NCBI GenBank assembly: GCA_030704615.1
Contig: CM060734.1
Span: 32,302,001 to 32,366,000, forward strand
Origin: Takakia lepidozioides
Lineage: Eukaryota; Plantae; Bryophyta
Length of the DNA: 64,000 nucleotides
Direction of reading: 5' to 3'
The notes under the pieces were generated by a model. It saw nothing but the letters and a program-made list of their open reading frames with translations. It did no database searches and had not been told where the DNA came from. The position numbers and the translations under genes were made by a program. This document shows, piece after piece, positions 52,895 through 64,000 of this stretch (positions are counted from its first letter, which is position 1; each line of letters starts with the position of its first letter).

Positions 52895-53875
52895 GTCCAT
52901 TCACGCGCGATCGCTCGTGAACTCATTTTACCATGTACAGTTCTGGATACCGAACTGTGTTTTTGGCTCGATTCGGTTATGCACATTATTTCCATGATCT
53001 GCATTATGTGCCTATCGAAATAGGGATTCCTAGTGATTTCGTAAGCCGTAGAGAAACCTCACGCGATTGCCCGTGTTTATTTCAGTGATAGTATGCGAAA
53101 CATGGTTTAGTTAGGACTTGGAGCGAGGCCAGTAAACACTTTCAGCAAGAGAATGGTCTGAATGAAGCACGCGCGATCGCGCGTGCTTCATTCAGTAAAA
53201 GTTGTCACCTACAGGAGCACTGACGAACAATAGCTAATACCAAACTGGGTCGAAGAAATCATTCATTAGTAGGATAATAAACTCAGTGTTTTCAATTTTA
53301 AGGATTATGCAATTATTGAACCTTGCACAATCGCGCTAATTTGACTCCGTAGTTTACTGCATTGGATGAGAAAATGAAGATGTAATGCGAAAGAATGCCC
53401 TGAAGAAGCTCGCGCGATCGGTTGGTACTTGTATTCTAGCGACCAACAACAACACCATTGATACCCAGATGATTAGAGGACACATATGAGGATATGTCTG
53501 AGTGCATACTCAAAACTGTAAAGTGTTTCGGAAGACATTAGTTCACATTATACAATGTCAACTAAAATCTTCCGTCGCACTTTATCTGTCTTGCCATGCA
53601 CATAGAATATGATAATTCCTGTATGTGGTGGCATGGTCACTCTTATGTATGATGGGTGGAGGTGTTCAGTGTGGACGCAATAGTATCCAAATATCAATCC
53701 AAAAGTCCAGGGCAGTTTGAAATATTACTTGTCGTCAACATCGCTTAGGTTGTTCATCGATTATGTCGACCATTGTTTCTGATTAGACAGTGAAGATGTT
53801 ATGTCCAAGAATGGTTAAAAAGAGCGCGCGCGATCGCGCGTGCTTCATTCAATACAAGTCGTCACCTACAGAAGC
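52895..53875. repeat. Dispersed CGCGCGATCGCGCG palindromes, including a perfect 38-bp palindrome at 53158-53195
   Basis: CTGAATGAAGCACGCGCGATCGCGCGTGCTTCATTCAG; degenerate copies near 52900, 53060, 53400 and 53822. Confidence 0.85.
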
Positions 53876-53903
53876 CCTATCGAACAGTGTGATCAACTAA
53901 AGG

Positions 53904-54659
53904 ATGTCTCCGAGCTCCAAAAAAAACAAAAACCATCCTCTGAGCAACATTTACGTCACCCATGTCAACAATAGAGTTACTGACATCCAGGAGAAATGGG
54001 TTCTTCTCCACTTCCCAGGTAGAAAGGTTGACAGGGCCTATGCAAGGGATTGGGCCATCAGGCATTTGGGAAGGTCAGGTGATCTTAAACAACACTTCTG
54101 CTACACCGGGGGGAGGGGCTTTTTCGCTATTTTGCTTGAAATAAAAGAGGCTGCAGAAAAGGCTCTATCCTTCAACCCACACCTTGCTGGTTTCAATGTG
54201 AATATTTTTCCGTGGTCAAGTGCTATGGGCAATAAGAATGGGAAGGTTTGGAGTCCTAGAATCATTGTAGTTCTTTACATACCTTTTTTTCTCCCAGATA
54301 TTAGGAACTTTTTGGGTGTGTATCTCGGTTGTCCGGCAGTTTTTTATCGTGATATGTGCTCTAACACATTAAAGAAAGATCCAGTATGGAGAGGAGCCAC
54401 TATTTCCTCTAGAGCTCACAAGTCGGGCTTTGCAAAAATAGTGGTTATGAAGCCAAAAGATGCAGTTATTCAGGAATTTATTCGTCTTCCTATTGACAAG
54501 GAAGACAATTTATTTTCAATCAAATCGTCCGAGGTTATTTCTGTGGGCAAATTGGCCACCTTAAATCGGATTGTCCCAAAGCCAAAAGAAAAAGAGCTCT
54601 TCCTACTCAGGAGGCAAATTCCCAGTCTGCCCCCATTACCGGCCTCCACCCTACTCTAA
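53904..54659 (+). mobile_element. L1-type LINE ORF1 relic (DUF4283-like + zinc knuckle)
   Basis: GRGFFAILLEIKEAAEKALSFNP...NIFPWS; in a shifted frame at ~54532-54580, GYFCGQIGHLKSDCPK (degenerate CX2CX4HX4C). Confidence 0.7.
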
Positions 54660-56189
54660 ATGAGAATCCCATTGCTTCCCTTGACACTAGTCACCCTACA
54701 AATAAGAAGATAGCCACACTTCCCCACAAGTAACCTTTACCCGATTGGATTCCATCAGTCTCCCTCAGAGCCCCAACCCAGGTTCCCCCTAGGTAGTCCA
54801 CGTAACGAGGCCACATCGGTTGTCACGTCGGTTCTAATGGTTTGCTGGATCCTATGGTGTTGGAAGCAATTGGGGGTTCGAAACTCAAGGCTCAGGTGTG
54901 CAGTGACAGCCCAGTTCAGATTGCAACTCACAATCAGGGACAACATGCAAGTCAATCATCCATTCCTCAGAATAGTCGAAGGAAGTCCGCGCTGCCAGCC
55001 AAGCCCTTGCTCCCGTTGTCTGTCTGTCTCATCATTGATACACTTCTCCATCGACCTCTCTGGCCTGTTGTTTAGCTTTGCTTAGCCTTCATACTCTAGG
55101 GTTTCCTCGCGGCTTATGCCTTCTCTCCATCCTTTCAACACACCTTTTCAGTCGCGTTACTGCTTTCGCGTTTCTACGCAGGATAATAGTCTCTTGATTT
55201 TTGCTCTACTGATATCTCCAACATGGTCCTCCGTATGTTTAGGCCTCATGGTAGCCGTTGAGCATGTAAGGGTTTTAATTTTTTTTCCTTCAATAATTGT
55301 AGTAAAGCTCTAAAGGGCTTCCTCCCTCTCTATATATATATGTATAATATATCATCAATAACAATCTGTTACAACCGATTTTCTTCTTAACACTCCCTTT
55401 ATGAATTCGTAACCAATACTTTTAAGTTTATATTTGTAAGGTTTTAGGCATAGTTTGTCTACATATACTGAACAAAAATCACAAATTTTAAAATTTTTGA
55501 AACATTACTAAAATGTGGAAAACTTACTACAAGTATGTTCTTAAAAAACCAAATTGTAGTAGTGTTAGCAGTCATCTGAGCATTCAGGCATAAAACATAC
55601 AGTCCTTTAGATCTGAGCGCCGGAACACCATTGCTCCACAAGACATCCATGTAGTTCAAAATCTTCAAATGAGATTCGCGAAATTGCGCTCCTAATCTTT
55701 CCAGCCCCAGGCAAAAATCTTCTCCCCACAACATTGCAAAAAACTTTTTGAGGCACTGAGCTATTCTGCCTCCAAGTTCCTCACTTGACTCATCATCATG
55801 CTATTCAAACTCTTCTCATGGTGTTCATGGGATGTGTCAAACTGTCCTATCACATCCTCAATAGACCAATTACGTATTTGTGTGTGAGAGATTTTCCACA
55901 GGGAAAAATGCAAAAATCGCCACATCCACATATTTGAGATTGGTTGAACACTTGTTTTCAATCTTCATGACCTAAATAGCTGGGTACGGATGGGGTGTGC
56001 TAAGATTTAGATCATTAAGAGATTGGATGACGAAGGAGGGGCAATGGAACGTAGTAACAATGGATTGCTCAAGAAAGACAAAGAGTTGGTGAAGTGGACT
56101 TGGCAATTATCGCACTTTCCCATCTTGAAAACTCACACAATTCTATAAGTGGTGGGATTAAAACTCAAACCTCAATTGACTCATTTGGC

Positions 56190-56820
56190 GCCACCTGCAT
56201 TGACTTATACTACCTCTACAAATGGGCTGGCTACCCCTCAAAAGCCAACACCTGGCAAATTGAAGACGATCTCTTTGAGACTCATGATGCATGTGACCCA
56301 ACACATGACCTTGCCCTACTTACCACATTCCACAAGTCAACCAATACCAGCTACCTGGCTCACACCCACCAGCACCACGTATCCCAAACCCAGTTGATAG
56401 ATGTTCGATACATTCACAATCCTTTAATTGCCCGGGATGTTCATATTTGCATCACAGACTGCAATCCAGACAAAGACATTATGCATGAATCTCCCATCTT
56501 ACGGCCTGGCCGCCACTGGTCCAACATTTATGCACAATACGACAGCTACATGGGACAAATCCCCAACGACACACTGACTTGGCTATGGCACAGATATTAT
56601 GCATCCTCCTCTTGCATATAAGTCAACTACAACCACCCAGACAAGACTTTGCTACAAAAATATGCTGGCTTGTCGATCGCTACTACGGGATACCCCCCCC
56701 CCCCCCCCCCCTGAAAAAACCTTACACCTCCCTCAAACTAACAACCTACACACATGACACCATCCCCGCTGACATTCTTACTCTACTTGTCTCCTCATTC
56801 CAACTCAGTCTCAAACCTCC
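56190..56820 (+). mobile_element. Chromodomain-containing retroelement fragment
   Basis: YLYKWAGYPSKANTWQIEDDL fits the chromodomain consensus YLVKWxGY...NTWEP; followed by CNPDKDI; isolated and frameshifted. Confidence 0.5.
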
Positions 56821-59800
56821 TTAATCTTGCATTGGAAATTAACACCAAAATATTATGCAATATCTTATCAATTTTCTCTTTTATCATAGATTGTTTTTTT
56901 TGTGTTTTGTACATATTGAAGAACATCATATATTCTTTAAAACCATTAAATTATATATTAATTGAAATAACTATCCGTACCCGGAAACTATTCATACCCT
57001 CAAGGTATATTTTCATACCCTGGGGTTATATAGAAATCTGAAAAGTTAATTTACCCATACCCGGAGGGTAAATAATTTTTTGAGATTTCAATTTATCCAT
57101 ACCCGGAGGGTAAAAAGATTTGACAAAAAAAATTTACTTATACCCTAATGGTATATTGAAATCAATATACCCGCACAACACTCGTCTCGACCTGCCAAAT
57201 CGAGCTCGTTTCTCTCGCTTGCCAAAAACGCGTTGGCGTTCTCGTGACGCGGCCGCACCTTACCCACCTGCTCGAGCCCTAAGCCTGCAACCCTAACCCC
57301 GTTCTGATCCAATCGCCACATGCATGCTGGTGTGCCAGGTGCCCAAGCACACCATGCAGTTTTTTTTTTCAAATTCCATTCAGAAAATAAAAAGTTATTA
57401 CCTAATTTATAAATAGAAAAGCCCAAAAGTGGTCTAGTGGCCGCTTAGGGGTTAATGTGCACAGTCTGGATTGGGGATCACATCTGCAGCATTTGGTCAA
57501 TGTGTGAACTATGGAGCAGATTACTTTGGGCCCAGATAGTGGACTTTTCAATTGTTAATTGTGCACCAATTTATATTTTCAGTCTGCAGTTCTCAAGTTG
57601 TATGCTTACAAACAGGATAGTATATCATGAAATTCCAGTATGCAAATTGAATTAAGCAGGGCTTCCGCTGGAGCCATCAACCTTCAACTTCCACCTCTAA
57701 TTAATACCTGTTGTCTAAGTTTGCTTGTGTGTACAATGTAGAATAGTGAGAGACTGAAGCTGGGGAAACCCCTTTATGAATGTCTGCAGAAAGGTGAAGC
57801 ATGCCTAAGCCAGCTGCAGCTCAACCATGTCTTACAGGTGGCGCTCGGCATTTTAAGTCAACATTGTCTTCAACCTGGAATGTTGCAGTGATAAGCACTA
57901 CATGTGACAAACTCCATTTATCATTTGCAGGTTTATAAGACTAAGAAAAGGATGGACCTATCCCCACTATACTGGAACTTTTGTTCTCTTCCAACAAGAA
58001 AGGCCTTTCATTCTCAGGAGTTTGGTTGGTAGATCGACACAATTGACTTCAGGATGAAAAATGTTACAGATTGACAGTCATATATCCAACATTTTCTCCA
58101 ATAGAGACAATTGTCCTTCCAATCTCCGGAGCATGACACTTGGTCTTTCGAATGAACTACATTGTGTGAAAGTATGAATCCTTCGACCAGGAGACTATAC
58201 TTGGGCACATTAGCACCTTTCACACACCATGGGAAATATCAGATGATAAACATCACAGGCTCAGTTATGTTAATAGCAATGGAAATGACGGGTATTGCCA
58301 TGGAACTAAAACGCAGGTAAATAAACCTGCTTCAACTAAGGGGACCAACTGACTCTCTCCATGTGCAACTCCAAAAGTGCTATATAGATCTTGCAACACT
58401 GCTCTAACAGGCTGTTTTGTTGTTCCTGAGACGTCAGATTGTGACTTCACTTGAGAGGCTCAAAGTGTGTGGACAGGTTTCTCCCAAATTCTAAACAAAC
58501 TGAGAAAACGTTCAACTAATTGAGAGGCTAATCAACACCGTGTTGGCAGGTTTCAATCTTACCTTATACTACCAGTCCGGGAGCACCTTGGCTTGGTTTC
58601 CATCCGCTGACATCTGCAGTGAGATCATTATTCTCACAACCATGAAAGGTTACTGGTGTTAAATGTAAATGGCACCACTCTTATAAGCCCTATCTTGCTC
58701 GGTGATTGGCACACCTAAAGTCTACACTTTGATCAAATGTGTTGTATATCACCTGGAGAGTGGCACTCTGCAACGAACATGGTGCAAGAATAGTCTGAAG
58801 TTGAGCTTCACATGACTACCGAAAAGTACCTGCCAATCAACATAGTTCATGGGCCAGCACTTTTGAAGAGCCAAGTTCCAATGCACTTGTATCAGCCTTT
58901 CCCTTAACACATTATCTTCCCAGGGATCCCTGACAACATACCTCTCCAGGAAGATAGGGTATTATCCAGAAGGTAGCTCTGATGCATTGATCAGCACCAA
59001 GTTTCCATTAGTTTTGAACTTTCATACGGCCAGTTAGACACTACAGAGGAGTTAAAACAGTTAGGATCGGCCACTACTATTTAGTCAGTAATTGGCTACT
59101 GGAAGGGTTTAAGCAGTGACCAGTCCTAGCTGGATCTCCTCTCATCGTGCCACTGAACAATGTTATTATGTCACTTATTTAGCCACAACTAATAGCCACA
59201 ATCCAAAGATAATCAGGACAAATCAGCCCGAATTGATGCTATAAACCACCAGAAATAGTTAGCTTCAGAAAAAATTATCTTTCGCCAAGCCCTGTGTCCT
59301 GGATGAATTTCAAAGCGATGAAGGATTTCACCACACCCTGATTACGAGACGACATGGGCACGTTAAATGTCAGACTTGGAAACCCTTTCACATAGATGAC
59401 ATGGAGGTGAGAGTCAAGCCTAGGTAGCTTCTACCAAAATGGATGACTATTAATTCGCATTTAGCATTTCATAATCAGCTAGTACCTTGTACATTAGCAT
59501 AAGATTCTGACTGATTTTGTCTAAATAAAATGCAAATCCAAAATACCTTTGCAACCTACTATGATATAAGGCCCTGCAACCTTGCATTTTAGTCTTCCAA
59601 TCCAAGTGCCTTAAACTGTAAGTCTCAGCCTTCAGTGAAGAGCCCCAATATGATGGGAAAAACATTTTAGTATACCACTAACCATGAACCATGCCAACAT
59701 TACAACGGCTGTCAGACCCATCACATGTTGTGAAAATGTTAGCAATCACCAAAAGACTTTTCAGACAAGAAGAAAACAGATTGCAGTATAAAACGATGCA

Positions 59801-60795
59801 GTATCTGCCCTTTCCATCCAATACAACCCACTTCAGTTAATCCAGTTCACTTATTCCTCATTCAACAACCAAGTCAAACGAATATGTAGGACTAATTAGT
59901 ACATACCAGGACTTACTCCTCTTTTTGCTGATTTAACTCTCTAGGTTGAATTTGAACCCCTCTATGTGAGAGCTGCTACAGATCAACATCAACTCTGGAA
60001 TGTCAACAACAACTCCTCAAATTTCAAGGTATTAGTATCATACTACGAAAGCGCATCCATGTGAGTAACTTCTGGAAAAGCAGGCTAAGAGAAAACCCAA
60101 ATTTGCTACTAATTTGAAAACCCAAACACGTTTTGTGCTATGAGAAGAGTCCTGTACAACAGAACCAGTGTCAGCACAGCTGCCATTAGTGCCCTTCAAC
60201 ACCATAAGGGATAGCAAAACCTAGCTAGTGCTTAAGTTGCCCTCCTCTGCACATTCGCAGACGCCATTTGAGAAGTCTCAGAGAAGGCAAGGCCTAACTG
60301 CAGACATCTCACATGGTGTCCCACAGAATAGTGCCGTTAGAATCCCTCAGACCATCAGCACCAACTTCACATACCCTACGTTAGGATGCACTTTAGGAGC
60401 AGCAGTTGTCGCCTTCTCCACTCCATTGTCCTCAGCCTTTACAAGTTCAGCCAACCACAAGATACCACATTGAGAAAATGCCTTTACCGTCCCATGCACC
60501 ACTAAATCTGATCTATCCATCTGATATCCATATACAGCAGCATCAAGATTTCACCTGTCATGTGAAATATTGCTAGACAGCTGAAGCACTAAACAGGCTA
60601 TAGACAAGTGACTGGCTTTTCAGACTCTCAATAAACCAGAAGAAAAAAGCTACGAGTCACAGTAATCAAACACCATACAATAGAAAGGCATCTACCTGGA
60701 AGACAAAAAAGTAAACCTAACATTCCTAGCATCAAACAAAACATATTGCACTGTCTTATAGTTGGGCTCAAAAACCCTCACCTCTCTCACAGCTG

Positions 60796-63683
60796 TCACC
60801 GACCCATCTCTGACATGAAGCGTTCATATTCTGACTCAACTGCATTGATCTGCCCACCCAATGCAGAAGCAACACCAGCACTCATTCCCCAAGTTGCAGG
60901 TGCCCCACTTCCACCCGAGGGAGGGAGAGGTGGGGGTGCAGGTGCAGATGGGGCACTGGCAGGTGGAGGAGGTGGATAGTACCCTTGATATGGAGGAGCA
61001 GGAGAGAACCCGCCCATTGCCGAACCCCCAGCAGCCACAACTCGAGACCCTGGCCTTGTACCCATCCCAACAACACCAGCCATTGCAGACCCTTGAGGGG
61101 GTCCAACTGGACCCCCAGCATCCTTCCCACCAGACTGTCCCTGAGAAGCTCCTCCAGAAAGATCCTGTGGGTACCTGCCTCCAGGTGGTGCCCCTTGAGA
61201 AGGGGGCCCTAAATAAGGGCTGTATGGACCATACTGAGGGGGGGGACCTCCATGCAGAGCTCCGCCATGAGAAGGGGGAACAGGAGGAAGGGGGCCATAT
61301 GGGTTGGGGCCAGAAGAAGGACCATAAGGGTTGAAGGGCATCATTCGTCCTGGCGAAGCACCCCAGGGTGGTGGGGCTGAATGCCCGCCCATTGTACCCC
61401 CACCGGGTGGCCCACGTGGACCTGCATGCAGCTGAGGTGGGAACCCGGTACTGCCTGAGGGATCTGTTCCAGGTAATGGAGGCCCTCCACCGAGGCCCCT
61501 AGGAGCAGGTGGAGGCCCCGCTATCCTCACTGCCAGATTTCTGCCCTCCACTCTGTATCCATTCATGTGGGTTACTGCTGCAATTGCTGATGAAGGATCA
61601 GAATATTTCACAAAGCCATACCCCTTACTAGACCCATTGAGGCGGTCTCGGATTACCTTTACATCTTCAACATTTCCAAATGGGGAAAACAGACGGCGGA
61701 GCCCTTCATCATCAACTGAACTTGGCAAGTAACCAACATATAGATTGGATTCGTCTTCCTTGTTGAACTTGTTCCCAATGCCAACTCCCTGTGGGCTTGG
61801 AAAGAAGGGGTTTCCAAAGCCCTGTGGTTGTTGCATGGGCATCCCACCACCTGAACCCATAGGAGGACCCATGCCCCCTCCTCCACCAAACCCTCCCAAT
61901 GATCCTCCCATACCGCCACCGCCTCCCATGCCAACCCCCATCCCACCTCCACCACTGGGGCCAACAAACCCTATCATACCCCCACCTGCAGTACCCCCTG
62001 TCCATGGAAGGCCGCTTCCCCCTTGTGGACCTGGTAAATTGAGGGGCAGCCCAGTCTGTCGGTTGGAGCCAATTTCCCCGCCCCCATTTCCACCAGGAGT
62101 CCCCCCTTCAGCATCAGCCCCTCCAAGTTCGGCCAGGAAGCTTTTGTACTCATCATCCATCTTGCTTCCTTGAGCTGAACCTTTCAAGGGACAGTCAATG
62201 GTTGGGTGACCTCCATCACCACAGATGCGACAAGACACGTCGCTCTTAAAGGTGGAGTGCCGGGCTGGACAGGCGTACTGCCTGTGGCCAGGCTCCCCAC
62301 AGAGGCGACAGTACTCATCATCTCGTATTGTCCCATTTAATGCTGCAAGCTCCCGCAACTGGGCTCTCTTATGCTCATTCCTACCCTCTTCCACAGGGAG
62401 TAAAAGCTTTTCCACCATCCCTGCAGCCTTCTCCAAGCCGTCTGCAGTATCTGCTTCGACCAGCACATGCAAGTCCTCATTCTCAGAAGGGTCAGGCTTC
62501 AGATCACGTTTCTGTGCTGAGCGCCCCTCCTTCACGGACCCTTTACCCCTTATCACAATCTTCGCCCCCGTCTCTCTCTCCATCCGTTTTTGAGTGTTAC
62601 CGCGGGGACCAATGATCAGTCCAATAAAATTATATCCAGGGTATTCTTTGACGGGGATGTAAAGCTTCTTGTACTGCTTCAAAGGTTTGTAATCGGCTGG
62701 AGGTTTGAACGCCGGATTCTTCTTGATCAGCAAAGCAATCACTTCCTGCCTTTCCCGCGTCAACTTCTCCCGAGCCCTGTATTCTCGAGTATTAATTCTG
62801 ATGCCCATGTTGTCATAGATAGGCTCGGGAGAAGGTGATCGGCCACCATCTCCTTGAAAATCAACCACCATCCCCGTCTGGAGCTTCCTATTGATGTCCA
62901 GAAGCTGAATGTTAAGAGCCTGAAGCTCAGGGTCCAAATCTACCCCACCAGTCAACTCCTTCACAAAATCTGGGAGCTGAATCTGGCCGAAGAGAGCATT
63001 TTTGGGCTCGTCAGATGCCCATCGGGATTTTCGTTTCTTTCCTCCTACACCTTCAATGTCAGTTACATCGCCCTCTCCTTCTGCTTGAGGACCCCAACGA
63101 CTCCGCCGCCTTTTACCGGAGCTTCCATCCCCGGCGAAGCCCAAGTTTTCATCGTTCAACTGATCATTCTCTAGTCCTCCTTCACTGTCCCCAGGCTGCC
63201 CAGCAGGGGTCGGAAAAAACTGGACTCCATCTCCCTCGCCACCGCTATCTTCGTCGCCAGCACCGACCCCTTTTGTGCAGCCCTCACTTCCATCTCCTGC
63301 AGGATCTTCGTAGTTGTATACCCTGTTACCTTCCTCCCCGGCCCCCTTCCATCTTCCACCCGAGATACATACTGAGAAGAATAATCGTCTGAGTGATTCT
63401 TTTGCTCTTGAAATCCTCCTACCTGGCCATATGTGTCGGTGCGTGACTGCATCGAAGCCTGCTGTTGCACTCCCATGTCTACTGGGCCTACATAGGAGGC
63501 ATAGCCAGCGGAACCAGACTGCCCATTTTGAGTAGGAAAACCTGACCCCTGTTGATTCAATCCACCATACCCACTGTAATCTTCCTGTTTCTGCCAGGGA
63601 GCGGCATTCGATTGCTCGGATACTTGCTTTTCAAGCCCGCTTAGAAACGCTTCTGCCGCAACAGCTGCCCCGCTCTGCTCCAT
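60796..63683 (-). CDS. SF1: Splicing factor 1 / branch-point bridging protein (ULM, KH-QUA2, two zinc knuckles, RRM, Pro-rich), intronless CDS with an apparent 1-nt frameshift near 63342-63346
   Basis: [77 protein letters not shown]...KGYGFVKY, C-terminal EYERFMSEM. The N-terminus from ATG 63683 lies in another frame and joins at a G5 run. Confidence 0.93.
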
Positions 63684-64000
63684 CCCTACCCGGAGCAAGG
63701 GAATATGTATGATCGAATGACAAGGCAAAGTAGCAGATGGATTCACTGGACAAGCTGCGGCTTACAGCCCCAAGTAGCGCACGCGGGTTGCAAGCAAAAA
63801 CATACGAGACACAGTGGATGGCCGAAGTTGGTGGTGCAGTGTGAGAATCCAGGCAGGCAGCCTGCGAGGTGTGGTGGATGTCCGTCCCGCGCCTGCACGC
63901 ACCCCCTCACTCCTTCCCCGCCATCTCTTGGATCCCTAAAATCCTCCGTCGGGAACTCCACCCCCCGTGATTCTCTATTTCGTGAACAATGGATGGATGA

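Noticed and set aside
56960-57455. piggyBac-like end (GGGGTTAA) with CATACCCGGAGGGTAAA repeats
   Set aside because: No matching opposite terminus or TSD found.
60746-63535. Multiple antisense/overlapping ORFs over SF1
   Set aside because: Expected shadows of a GC-rich Gly/Pro coding sequence.

Overview
Eukaryotic nuclear DNA from a plant, most likely a non-seed land plant (hornwort, lycophyte or similar). That assignment is inferred from PLS-type PPR fragments, CRE-like and Tcn1-like retroelements and compact spliced genes. The left half (1-~31 kb) is a deeply nested transposon field: a decayed, spliced gene for a bacterial-type beta-class N4C/N6A DNA methyltransferase; a 117-bp satellite; several CACTA elements with exact TIRs/TSDs; a CRE-like LINE; and a gypsy LTR+gag. 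It also holds a ~18-kb cargo-rich DNA element (~11.66-29.5 kb) encoding a ParB/Srx-like protein, an FCP1/NIF (HAD) phosphatase-like domain, an SP-rich CTD-like repeat ORF and a DUF7869/Sola1-like transposase. A 26-32-bp palindrome recurs seven times through that element, twice inside predicted introns. Two Pack-CACTA copies carrying chimeric PPR + OSB(PDF-motif) fragments sit in it head-to-head as a ~1.9-kb inverted repeat. The right half has three host genes: ARP9 (+, multi-exon), an ABCG14/21-clade half-transporter (-) and an intronless SF1/BBP (-, with a probable homopolymer frameshift artefact). L1-ORF1 and chromodomain retroelement relics lie between them. All family assignments come from motif recognition by eye; no database searches were run.
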